Of a stretch of 64,000 bases of DNA, positions 49,753 to 59,050 are shown piece by piece. Every line of letters begins with the position of its first letter. Positions within the stretch are counted from its first letter, which is position 1. The notes beneath the pieces are model-generated. The model worked only from the letters and a program-made list of their open reading frames with translations, did not search any database and was not told the DNA's origin. The stretch is from an uncultured virus (IMG/VR IMGVR_UViG_3300021254_000023) (taxonomy: Duplodnaviria; Heunggongvirae; Uroviricota; Caudoviricetes), in the IMG/VR virus record IMGVR_UViG_3300021254_000023; one strand, given 5' to 3'. The translations under genes were made by a program, and so were the position numbers.

Positions 49753-51804
49753 TTACTTCTTCTTAATGATGTTTACTCCATGATCTCTATTTATTCTGGT
49801 ATGTTTAGTTTCAAACCATTCAGTAAGATCAGAAGCTTTAGCTTTTCTAGACAAACCTAATTCCGAATAGATGTCACTTAAGATTTCTTTCGCTTTAGTG
49901 TTTGTTATTCTATCCCCTACAGAGAATTCTGAATAGATTCTCTCTTTCAGATCATTTTCGTCAAAGTAATCTGGATTTAAGAGCCGATTAAGTCTCGTGA
50001 TATGATATCCATTAGCCATAATCACATCTCTTCCCAAGCTCAGGTAGCCACGAATCTTACTATCCATCTGGTTTTCGACTATGTCTCTAACCTCCGGTGT
50101 CATGTTCGATTCGCATAACCATCTCAGTTTATCTACTAACGTCGTCTGGCGTTCAATTGAGAGAAGCGCTACCTTAACATCAAGCGCTGTTTGGCTCTCT
50201 TTCCCACTAAAAACCTCGTCGATCGTACTAAAGACAGTGAATCTATCCTTGTAGTCGATCTGTTGAATATCGAATGCTCTTTGTTCTGCAATAAGCACTA
50301 AGTTGTTCATGACAGGAAGTTTATTTCTCCCTGCATGTTTATTAATGCCTACGTAGTCGTCTTTGTAGTTTCTATCTCTACACCTATCCTCCAGCTGTTT
50401 AACAGCTACGTCCTTATTGGGGGCTGCTTGATAGTTCTCCAAGGCTGCTTCACTAAAACGAATTTTGATCTCGATCTTTCTTTCGTAATCTTCTCGAGTC
50501 ATCTTTCTATTAGTTTCCTCGTCCCTGAGAGTTTTGTAGTAGAATTCGGCGGAATTCTTCCATGGATTCTCTTCTAGTCTTTGTCTACCAAGAATCTGAG
50601 GGAGATCCAAGCTTATATCTACTGCCAAGCAGTCCACATTAGCGTCACTTAAGATAAATGTCCTAGCATTATCACTATAGAAATCAGCCCCAAGGTATAC
50701 TGTTCTTGTGCAGATCGTAAACATCTTTCTAGGTTCATCCTTCAGAGGAACTTTTCCGATGATATACTTCTTCGAACCTAGGCCCTTGTTAAATTTGGCC
50801 TGATTGTCTGGGGTATTACTACAAAGGATATTCACTTCCTCCGGTTGAATACCACACTTCTTTATGATCTGAATGATATTCTTTACGGAGTTAACGAAGA
50901 TCATAGCTTCCCTACTCTCTATGGTCCTGATTTGACCGGTATCTTTATCTACCTCCCTGAAAGTTTCAAACTTACCTCTCCTATATTCCCTTACTATTCT
51001 CTTAATAGGTTCATAGATAGAGTCGATTATCCTAACCTTCAGGTTTGGTTTTCTTGTTCTCCCAGGATCAGCTGTCTCCCAATCCAGTTCATAGTAAGGA
51101 AGATTAGCAAACTCTGGGATTCTCTGGAGGTATGTCCTCATCATCGGGGTAGCACTCAGGTAGCAAACCTTGTCTATTCCTTGGAGGACGTTAACGAATT
51201 CCAGTTCCGTATCACTTTTAAATCTACTATCGACGAAAATTGACTGAAATTCATCAACTATCACTTGGAATGAGTCTAATAAGCCAAACTCGATCAGTAC
51301 ATCTTTGAGTTGGCGAAAAGAGTCGTAGGTTACGATAATCTTTAAGGGTAAGCTCTTCCTAGCCATATCGGCTTGATAGGTCCTCAGTTCCCTACGAAGT
51401 TTCTCTCTGAAGGAATTGTCAGCCTTAGCTGTATCCTCAGCCAGTTTCCGGAGGAACTCCTCTACGTCGATTCCTTCATCTCTGGCTTTGTCTTCTTCAC
51501 TTCGATCCATTCCAGTTTTATCAATATCTTTATCGATATTGAGGTCATAATCTCTAGAGTCGTTGACTACTCTATAGACCGTGTCCGGATGCTGTTCCCA
51601 TTTATTCTGAATCAGCATGTTTCTCGGACTGCATAGGACAACGTTATCCTGATTTGTGAGACACCATTCAGTGAAACCACACCCAGGGATCTGTTTGTCC
51701 ATGATGTGGGGAATCCTAGGAAAATTCTCGTAGAATTCTTTCCAATCTCCAATGTACCTGATTCCAGGAGGTACAATTAATGTTGTTACATTATTATTTT
51801 TCAT
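49753..51804 (-). CDS. SF2 helicase-like protein (copy 2), degenerate Walker A
   Basis: PGCGFT, VDEFQSIF, LSATP, IFVNSV, YLGADF, QILGRQR; RKAKASDLTEWF tail; clear paralog of 6570-8507. Confidence 0.8.
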   Translation of the reverse strand: MKNNNVTTLIVPPGIRYIGDWKEFYENFPRIPHIMDKQIPGCGFTEWCLTNQDNVVLCSPRNMLIQNKWEQHPDTVYRVVNDSRDYDLNIDKDIDKTGMDRSEEDKARDEGIDVEEFLRKLAEDTAKADNSFREKLRRELRTYQADMARKSLPLKIIVTYDSFRQLKDVLIEFGLLDSFQVIVDEFQSIFVDSRFKSDTELEFVNVLQGIDKVCYLSATPMMRTYLQRIPEFANLPYYELDWETADPGRTRKPNLKVRIIDSIYEPIKRIVREYRRGKFETFREVDKDTGQIRTIESREAMIFVNSVKNIIQIIKKCGIQPEEVNILCSNTPDNQAKFNKGLGSKKYIIGKVPLKDEPRKMFTICTRTVYLGADFYSDNARTFILSDANVDCLAVDISLDLPQILGRQRLEENPWKNSAEFYYKTLRDEETNRKMTREDYERKIEIKIRFSEAALENYQAAPNKDVAVKQLEDRCRDRNYKDDYVGINKHAGRNKLPVMNNLVLIAEQRAFDIQQIDYKDRFTVFSTIDEVFSGKESQTALDVKVALLSIERQTTLVDKLRWLCESNMTPEVRDIVENQMDSKIRGYLSLGRDVIMANGYHITRLNRLLNPDYFDENDLKERIYSEFSVGDRITNTKAKEILSDIYSELGLSRKAKASDLTEWFETKHTRINRDHGVNIIKKK

Positions 51805-51922
51805 ACTAAAATGTTTAACTAACAAATGAAATAGACCCCACTGTTTTTAAACTAAAACAATGAGATCTTTATTATCCATATATAAGGGTTTCATGGTATC
51901 TGAGGCGGACAAAAAGAAAAGG

Positions 51923-52153
51923 CTACTTAGTAGCAGCCTGCTTTCCTTCTTCTTCGTATTTATCTGTTTTGTTCCAAAGCCATACAACGGCTGGACCACA
52001 GACAATTATCATTATTTTACCGAAAATCTTCTCGGCCTCACACATTTCATCTTTGAAGTCTGCAAAACTTGCGACCTCGAATAGTGTTACTAACATTATG
52101 AGGACCATGCCTAAGAAGCATGCAATCCACTTTGCAATAGTTAATTTTTTCAT
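51923..52153 (-). CDS. Small membrane protein
   Basis: Two TM segments. Confidence 0.6.
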   Translation of the reverse strand: MKKLTIAKWIACFLGMVLIMLVTLFEVASFADFKDEMCEAEKIFGKIMIIVCGPAVVWLWNKTDKYEEEGKQAATK

Positions 52154-52421
52154 GTCTTTATTTGTTTTAGTTTATTCTTTCCTTTAATTAAAAATAACCG
52201 AACTACTTTCTCGCTGTTCGGTCTCTAGGTAGAGAATAATTCATCTCTTTCTCTACATATATAAGGTTTTTACCCCTTTCCTAGACGGTCATTTTTTAAG
52301 GACCTTCTTGAGGATCAGGTAGATGATATACATTCCTAATGCCCCAGCGCACCAAATTCCTAAATCGATTAAGTCTTTTGGATCAATGTAAATCATATTC
52401 ACTAGTAAGGAAAAGAAAAGG

Positions 52422-52778
52422 CTATTCTTTTTTAGCCTCTTCCTCTTTCTTTAACCACTCGACGGAACCTACTACATCACATATGTTGTCTAGGGTCGCC
52501 AGGAGTTCGTAATTCTGCATCTTTTCCAAGTCCTCTTTGGATTGGATAGGGATGTATGTGATTCTCCGTCTCTCCTTAATAGCCTCTTGTGTGAATCGGT
52601 CCATTACCTCGTTGTAGAGGTCAAGTGACATGTAACGTTCTTTATCATTTAGTTTTTCCCATACTTTATCAATCAGGTACTTTCTTCCCCGACGATATGC
52701 TTTCTTACATAGAATTGGTGTTCCAATAAGAACTGTTAGTATTCCAAGTAAGATTAATCCGTTTGATTTTGTTTTCAT
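52422..52778 (-). CDS. Hypothetical protein with N-terminal TM
   Basis: 118-aa ORF with own promoter motif. Confidence 0.65.
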   Translation of the reverse strand: MKTKSNGLILLGILTVLIGTPILCKKAYRRGRKYLIDKVWEKLNDKERYMSLDLYNEVMDRFTQEAIKERRRITYIPIQSKEDLEKMQNYELLATLDNICDVVGSVEWLKKEEEAKKE

Positions 52779-52847
52779 TTTTAATAGGTTTATTTCTTCA
52801 TATATAAGGCGTTGAATACTGTTTCAGGCGGTAAAAGAAAAGGGAAC

Positions 52848-53024
52848 CTACTTCCCCTTCCTTGGTAATTCATAGACGGCAATCCCTCGTAAGTTCTTGC
52901 TAATGGCTTTCTTTACACCTTTCGTAAAGGCCCAGCCCACTAAGTAAGCACCTATTACTGTCAAGACTGCTTTAGCTGTTTCATTAAGCAGCCAATCTAC
53001 TGTTTCTTCTTGCTCTTTTGTCAT
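52848..53024 (-). CDS. Small protein (58 aa, not in ORF track)
   Basis: MTKEQEETVDWLL... read by hand; abuts upstream gene. Confidence 0.45.
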   Translation of the reverse strand: MTKEQEETVDWLLNETAKAVLTVIGAYLVGWAFTKGVKKAISKNLRGIAVYELPRKGK

Positions 53025-53025
53025 T

Positions 53026-53535
53026 TTACTCTACCTTATTGAAGTTATTATAATTATAGTAAGTGCTCATCTCAAACCTATGAGTCACGTCCTGTTCGAC
53101 TTGAACTCTCATGTATCTTTCATTGGCTATCTTAAGAGCAGCTTCTTCATTGGGAGCTCTGAAGTGGAAAGTCCATCCATGACTATTAACGTAGAAAACG
53201 TCATTGATTACATTGAATGAGTCTGATGCATAATAGTAGTCATCTCCTTGACTTTCATCAATTTCCCCAAGACATCGAGCGCTCCAGTAGGCTTTACCTT
53301 TTTCAATGTCTCTCCTTTCTCCACAATTAATTGATCTGTGGACATACCAACCGAATACCCAGTCTTGATTTTCCTTACCAATTACGTACTCCTCAACGTC
53401 TGCTTTTCCATCATAGGAGCTGTCGCTGATGGATTCTTTGTACTCCTCAGCCCTCTTCTTGTCTAAGAATACTCTACAAATGTGATATTCACTGTAACTT
53501 CCTTTTGTTACTACATAAACTTTTTGTTCTTCCAT
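53026..53535 (-). CDS. Hypothetical protein
   Basis: KVYVVTKGSYSEYHICRVF phage N-terminal motif. Confidence 0.7.
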   Translation of the reverse strand: MEEQKVYVVTKGSYSEYHICRVFLDKKRAEEYKESISDSSYDGKADVEEYVIGKENQDWVFGWYVHRSINCGERRDIEKGKAYWSARCLGEIDESQGDDYYYASDSFNVINDVFYVNSHGWTFHFRAPNEEAALKIANERYMRVQVEQDVTHRFEMSTYYNYNNFNKVE

Positions 53536-53598
53536 CTATTATTCTTTTATTATTCACCTATAAGGCATAGACAAACAATAAACACCTTATGATTGAAT

Positions 53599-54216
53599 AT
53601 GAAAAATGAAATTAAGAAATTAGGATTATTACTTGGTACATTTGATCCTATACACATAGGACACATTGAATTAGTAACTAGAGTACTTGGTGAGGGACTT
53701 GTAGATAAAGTTTATATTGTTCCTACTCCAGGTAATCCCTGGAAAGATCACAAACCGGCTTCTTTCGAACTGAGATGTTATATGATAAGACATCTCATCA
53801 AGAAAGAAATTATGGATGCTGGTTTACAAGATAAAGTAGGATTTATAACAGGTGCTTTCTGTGAATATAATCCAATTGACCTAGCGGATCCGGAAGACGG
53901 TAAATATTATTCTTACTTACAGTTGGCTAGAGTTAAGGATGAACTGGGGCCTATGAATGAGTACTATATTATAGGTGGCACTGATGTTGCCGAGAGTGTA
54001 AAGGGATGGAAAAAGAGCGAGGAGATACTCAAAGAATTCCACCTCCTAGGAATGGACCGAGCCGGATATGTAGATTTTCCTGAAGGGGGACCTTCCATAA
54101 AGGTTTCTTCAACGAATATTAGGGAGATGATTATGGCTGGTAAGTCTACATTCCCTTGGCTCATGCCTAGCACCATTGATATAATTCATAAATACAGACT
54201 ATATGAACGAAAGTAA
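53599..54216 (+). CDS. nadD: Nicotinate/nicotinamide-nucleotide adenylyltransferase
   Basis: GTFDPIHIGH, NPWK, IIGGTD..WK, VSSTNIR. Confidence 0.9.
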   Translation: MKNEIKKLGLLLGTFDPIHIGHIELVTRVLGEGLVDKVYIVPTPGNPWKDHKPASFELRCYMIRHLIKKEIMDAGLQDKVGFITGAFCEYNPIDLADPEDGKYYSYLQLARVKDELGPMNEYYIIGGTDVAESVKGWKKSEEILKEFHLLGMDRAGYVDFPEGGPSIKVSSTNIREMIMAGKSTFPWLMPSTIDIIHKYRLYERK

Positions 54217-54943
54217 TTCTAAATTTCAGAAAAATCCTTTCCCTTGGTTGGCTTTAATGACAGTTTGGTCTGTCTTGCTGGCCTGTTTATGTGGCTATAT
54301 TGGAGGTTGTACACAGCGAGGAAAGGTAGAAGATCGTTTGCATGATGATCGACTTGAAGCTAAATTAAAACTCCAGGCTGCTTCTGAACTTGAAGCTAAA
54401 TCTATGATGGAGTTGCGAAAGCTCCGGGAAGAACAAAAAGTATTTGAAGAGAAGCAAGCCAAATTCAGAGCAGAACAGAATAAGAAAGCAAACGAAGCTG
54501 TGGCGAAAAGAGATTCTTTTATGAAGGCACAGGCACGACAAGTACCCGCCGATTCGTCTGCTACACCAGGCCGTATTATTCTGAAGGGCAATCTTCTGAA
54601 AGTGAAAGATACTGGAAGATCTATTTTTGATCTTGATGGTGCTAAAAACGACAGATGGCATAATTGGTTTGCCAGATTTCATTACGTCTTGGAAAGCGGT
54701 GAACTTAAAACTATTTCCGTGTCGGTTGGTGAACTATCTGTTATTAAGTCTGATGAAAGGATAGTCTCTGTAGAGACAGGAGGTAACCCTGATGTAGAGG
54801 GTGTCTTAAGGGCTCTTAACTATGACAGCCCAGGTAAACGTGCTGATAGGAAAAACGGAGATCAAAACAGGTCTGCACAGGTTTATGTACATATTCCTTT
54901 CGAGGAGTTTAATAAATATGTTGAACTTTATTACAACGATTAA
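54203..54943 (+). CDS. Membrane-anchored protein 1 of tandem array
   Basis: N-terminal TM then coiled coil and beta-rich domain. Confidence 0.7.
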   Translation: MNESNSKFQKNPFPWLALMTVWSVLLACLCGYIGGCTQRGKVEDRLHDDRLEAKLKLQAASELEAKSMMELRKLREEQKVFEEKQAKFRAEQNKKANEAVAKRDSFMKAQARQVPADSSATPGRIILKGNLLKVKDTGRSIFDLDGAKNDRWHNWFARFHYVLESGELKTISVSVGELSVIKSDERIVSVETGGNPDVEGVLRALNYDSPGKRADRKNGDQNRSAQVYVHIPFEEFNKYVELYYND

Positions 54944-54946
54944 TAT

Positions 54947-55474
54947 ATGAATACCGGAAAAGAAAGAACAGCTGACCTAAATGTTGGCTCTAGACTACAA
55001 GAAGTTGTCATGTTTCTAGCAATAGTAGCATTCTTTTGTGTTGTCTTATACGGAATATATCGTTTAGTAAAAGCTGGGGAAAGCGACAATAAACCAGCTA
55101 AGACTGAGATAGTTCAGTTAGGTATCCCACAAAGAATTGGAGATGGCACACTTAACTTAAGGGCCCTCTTAGGGGATCGTGAAGTAGCTGTTAAAAATCA
55201 GATTACCTATTCTATCTGTACGAAGACCGTGGATGGATCTATACATTTTATAGACATTCGAGCCATAGATCTTAAGTTTATTGATGCAAAAGGTATTCGA
55301 TTAGAAGCAGAGGTTAAAGAGCCTCTCGGCCTGGATGTTTTTGACTATATTGAGAAGAATATGGGCCGTGTTCAATATAGTTGGTCTAAGCCCAATGATA
55401 AAGTTAGTGTCAGACTGTGTTGCCCAATGGATAGTGTTGAATTTTACTTGAAACGTGGCAATGGAACAAAGTAG
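54947..55474 (+). CDS. Membrane-anchored protein 2 of tandem array
   Basis: N-terminal TM. Confidence 0.7.
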   Translation: MNTGKERTADLNVGSRLQEVVMFLAIVAFFCVVLYGIYRLVKAGESDNKPAKTEIVQLGIPQRIGDGTLNLRALLGDREVAVKNQITYSICTKTVDGSIHFIDIRAIDLKFIDAKGIRLEAEVKEPLGLDVFDYIEKNMGRVQYSWSKPNDKVSVRLCCPMDSVEFYLKRGNGTK

Positions 55475-56123
55475 AGGGAAGAGGCCAAATAAAATATTGC
55501 GTAGGTTTCGAGAGTCCGAAGCTTGGAAAGACTGGATGTATCTAACTAAGTTTTGGTATGGTGGCAATTGGGTTCTAGTCTTTATCATCCTTGGATTCTT
55601 AGTTTTCAGTGTAACAGCTGGAATTAAATGTTGTCAAGACTCTAACTGGGCTGCTGATGAGTCAAATCGAGAGTTTAAGGTTGGAGACCTTGTACCTAAT
55701 TATTCTAGTGCAGAGGGCTTAAATATTGATAATTTCAATTTTAATATCTTATGTGATAGAAGAACTTTTACCATGAGGATTAAGACAGACCCTGGATCAC
55801 TTAACATAGAATTCTTATCAATCTGTCCGGTGGATATTGTTCGTTTTGTAGATTCTCCCAAAGAACATTCGCTTTGGGTTTATACTACTGAGAGAGGGGC
55901 AAGAATGGTTAGAGAGACAGAGAAAGATGGAACTCATCATCCACATTGGATAACTATTATTCATGTGCATGGTCAAGATGAGGCCAAGAATGTGCCTCTA
56001 GCTAAAGAAATTTCACGAGTTGAGGTTAGAATGCCAAAGAAAGACATCCCTAAGTACATAGGAATAATTGATAATGGAACAGAGTCAAAGCAAGAAGACG
56101 CCAAAGTGGAAAATAAAAACTAA
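55455..56123 (+). CDS. Membrane-anchored protein 3 of tandem array
   Basis: TM; C-terminal KKDIPKYI. Confidence 0.7.
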   Translation: MAMEQSRGKRPNKILRRFRESEAWKDWMYLTKFWYGGNWVLVFIILGFLVFSVTAGIKCCQDSNWAADESNREFKVGDLVPNYSSAEGLNIDNFNFNILCDRRTFTMRIKTDPGSLNIEFLSICPVDIVRFVDSPKEHSLWVYTTERGARMVRETEKDGTHHPHWITIIHVHGQDEAKNVPLAKEISRVEVRMPKKDIPKYIGIIDNGTESKQEDAKVENKN

Positions 56124-56697
56124 AGAGATTTTCTCTAAGATCTTCCATGGCTTAGGAAGATTTCTTGAATTCTTAATAGACCTCGGTGATGATACTGACG
56201 GAGCCAGTTGGTTTGTTATATTCTGTATAGTAGCTGCTTTCATACTCTTCTCACCTGTTAAGAGTTGTATAAATAGGAAGAGCGATTGGATTGATCAGAA
56301 TCGTGTTACTAAACTAGCCGACCTATCTCAATTACCGTCGACAGTGGCTCCCTGGGATATTGATACCTTGGACGTTGAGAAAGAGGATAATCAGGGAATT
56401 GTGTTTGTTATGAGAGGTTCTACGAATAAGAAGTCTTATAACCTAACCACTTTTAAAGTTCCCTACCCTAAGAGAGTTATCTTTACTAAAACCACGTCTA
56501 CTACACCGTCGTTGTGGATTCGCTTGACGAGAGACAATGCTGATAATCTTTTCTATAAAAAGGATAAAGGTATATCTAAGTTTATCGAACACATAGAACA
56601 CTCAGAGGATACTATCGAGATTCAGATTAGGAAGGAAGATATTCCAAAGTATATAATGATTAAATATGGAAACAGGAGCAAGCAAGAAGACGTTTAA
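56074..56697 (+). CDS. Membrane-anchored protein 4 of tandem array
   Basis: TM; C-terminal KEDIPKYIMIK. Confidence 0.7.
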   Translation: MEQSQSKKTPKWKIKTKEIFSKIFHGLGRFLEFLIDLGDDTDGASWFVIFCIVAAFILFSPVKSCINRKSDWIDQNRVTKLADLSQLPSTVAPWDIDTLDVEKEDNQGIVFVMRGSTNKKSYNLTTFKVPYPKRVIFTKTTSTTPSLWIRLTRDNADNLFYKKDKGISKFIEHIEHSEDTIEIQIRKEDIPKYIMIKYGNRSKQEDV

Positions 56698-57298
56698 ACA
56701 AAGAATAGCCTGGCTAGGCGACGTGATCAGTAATATATTCAAGTCTGCTAGGTCCCTAATAAAAACTCTAATATCTATCGCCATCGTTGGAGCAATCCTA
56801 TTCTTTGGTGGTAGGTGGGGTTGGAACACTTGGAATGAATGGCAAGAGTCGACAGCTAAAGAGGATGCCTGGGTTCTTAAGAATCATATCTTTGAGGTTG
56901 GTGAACTTATGGTCCTAGGAGAAGATGAACTGGGAACATCATTTGACCAAATCATCAAAGACCTAGAAACTAATCCCGGAGATTTTGTGGCGGTTATGAC
57001 TATTAGATCAAAGAAAGAGGGTCATATTACCCGAGTCACTATTCCACTAGATCACCTTTACTTAGGACAGCAACCTCAAGGGAAGATTGCCCCAGTCGTG
57101 AAACTTAAAAGCACTCACTACGCAGAAGCTTCATATGAAGGGGATGTGGAGAAAAGTAACTTAATAGAGTACGTTAAGTCACATTTCGGAGAGCCTGGTA
57201 TTAGTAAGTTTCATGATGGTGGTAAGAATGATATTTTATATGTCTATATAGATCGTGAATTATGTCAATCATATATTATGATTAAGAAGAGAGATTAA
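56666..57298 (+). CDS. Membrane-anchored protein 5 of tandem array
   Basis: TM; C-terminal QSYIMIKK. Confidence 0.7.
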   Translation: METGASKKTFKQRIAWLGDVISNIFKSARSLIKTLISIAIVGAILFFGGRWGWNTWNEWQESTAKEDAWVLKNHIFEVGELMVLGEDELGTSFDQIIKDLETNPGDFVAVMTIRSKKEGHITRVTIPLDHLYLGQQPQGKIAPVVKLKSTHYAEASYEGDVEKSNLIEYVKSHFGEPGISKFHDGGKNDILYVYIDRELCQSYIMIKKRD

Positions 57299-57387
57299 TG
57301 TCTCTCTTTTTTTTTAATGCAGAATCCGCTTAAAAAATAAAAGGCCTCGACTTTAGTCTTAGCCTCCTTTTTATATAGAATCGGTAC

Positions 57388-58491
57388 CTAGTATAAAAGT
57401 TCTCCTCTATACATTCCACCATTTTTCTGAACACCACTTATAATAAAGCGACGTTCCAATTCACCGTACCTGCTATACAGCCACCCATCCTTATCCTCTT
57501 TGAAGATTTCTCCAAAGTTTTCTGTTCGGGTACCTACATGCAGTTTAGTTCCTTTTACACGAATTGTATCCGTGTATAGGCCGAACTTAGTAGCTAAGTA
57601 ATCATCAACCCAGTGATTTGGTTCTTCAGCCTTTGTTTCTGTAGTTCCTCCATCTGGTTCACAGATTTCTGAATCTGAACTGACGGGTGCGGGATCTTCT
57701 TTAATCTTACCCTTCCCGATGGAGATTGAATTTATTACTTTTCCTATTACAGCATTGAGTTTACCTCCGGAGGGTTTCTTAACTGGATCTCTTTCTTCTT
57801 CCTCTGCATCGTTTTCGTGATACCAATCGTATTCTGGATCAGTACGACGATCCCATTTACTGTAGAGCCATGAAGAAAGTTTATCTTTTCGTCCGTATCT
57901 CTTGATATAGGTTTTAGCCTCATTGAATTTCTTTTCAAACTCATCTATATCCTCTCGTCCAGCTACGTAGTCCATGTATAGGACGCTTACATAGTTTGTA
58001 CGAACCTGGATATTCAGACAATTGTCGTCTTCAATTCGGCCATGGATATTAGCTTCATCAACAATAGATTTAAGCGTATCGATGGTACTAACCTCCAGAG
58101 AGTTAACAAGTTCCATAACGTCTGCTCGGACTTCTTTAACTTCAAGGTTCTCATCAACATATTGATTGATAGCTTTAGCAGAAATATTGCTGAACGTCTT
58201 GATATACTTAATACGACCGGGTCGGCCTACCAAGTTCTCATTAATATTCAGAGTATTCGTGGTCAAGATATAGAGTTTTCTGCTCTTATTCATGACACCA
58301 TCAATCATTTTGAGGAGTGCTTGGCTTGCATTAGGGTCATCGTTCCGGAAGACCTTTTCAGCTTCATCTAAGAAGATGACACACTCAAACTCCAGCATCT
58401 GTACAAACTCAATCATACCAGGAGTATACTGGTTAATGATGATGATAGGGATGTTAATCTCGTTGCAGAGAATTTTGGCACTAATGGTTTT
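57388..58491 (-). CDS. AAA+ ATPase, exon 2 (spliced product 466 aa)
   Basis: Starts KTISAKILCN, completing Walker A; IFLDEAEK (Walker B), LTTN, RPGRI. Confidence 0.9.
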   Translation of the reverse strand, partial: KTISAKILCNEINIPIIIINQYTPGMIEFVQMLEFECVIFLDEAEKVFRNDDPNASQALLKMIDGVMNKSRKLYILTTNTLNINENLVGRPGRIKYIKTFSNISAKAINQYVDENLEVKEVRADVMELVNSLEVSTIDTLKSIVDEANIHGRIEDDNCLNIQVRTNYVSVLYMDYVAGREDIDEFEKKFNEAKTYIKRYGRKDKLSSWLYSKWDRRTDPEYDWYHENDAEEEERDPVKKPSGGKLNAVIGKVINSISIGKGKIKEDPAPVSSDSEICEPDGGTTETKAEEPNHWVDDYLATKFGLYTDTIRVKGTKLHVGTRTENFGEIFKEDKDGWLYSRYGELERRFIISGVQKNGGMYRGELLY

Positions 58492-58753
58492 CAGTTATGT
58501 TACCCTATAGGCTTTTTATCCTATAGTTCAGATAGGTTCTTTGTTCCCTACTGCTCAGCATATATTTTCATCCTTTCTTTTTTGGATGGCGAACGCTCGT
58601 GGAGAGATTATATTCAGTTCTCTGTTTCACTCTCTATGCGTTACACTACTTAGGATTCTTTAAGTCCTAAGTTAGCACGGTATTATCATCACAGACTTCA
58701 CCGTTTTCGCTCGCTAATGATTTAATCGATTTCTCGACTAAACGGCCGTTTTG
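58492..58753 (-). ncRNA. Group I intron, ORF-less, 262 nt
   Basis: Exon ends GGU, intron ends G; P1 GGU|C..GGCC with U.G; AAAACGGTGAA..AATACCGTGCTAAC core; P3 GCGAGCG/CGTTCGC; P7 GCATA/TATGC; CTATAGG/CCTATAG terminal hairpin. Confidence 0.9.
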
Positions 58754-59050
58754 ACCAGTTCCTTTAATGCCGTTAAAGATTATACCCAGGTTCTGGTTAC
58801 GTGAAATTACGTACTCACTATTCCAGGTCTTCTTTATTTTCTCAATGAATTCGTCAATTCCCAGATCATATACTTTGAATGGGAATTCGAACTTTTCTGC
58901 AACCTTCTGGAGTCCAAGTCGTTGACTCATTGGGTTTGGATCTTGAACCAAGTTAAATATACCTGGTCCTGGGGAAGGGTAGACTTTAAAGTCTGCTGAG
59001 ATTGGAAAGAATATTCCATGCTCAGGAATCCATTTGATTTGATTACTCAT
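58754..59050 (-). CDS. AAA+ ATPase, exon 1
   Basis: Ends NLGIIFNGIKGTG; splicing gives GIKGTG|KT. Confidence 0.9.

Larger units (their letters stand above)
51877..52831 (-). promoter_or_regulatory. Three promoters CCGYCT-N15/16-CCTTATATATG
   Basis: Copies near 51877-51908, 52256-52288 and 52799-52831, each upstream of a minus-strand gene. Confidence 0.6.

Noticed and set aside
58667..58753. C-terminal tail QNGRLVEK...NTVLT of the 127-aa ORF
   Set aside because: It is translated intron sequence past the 5' splice site
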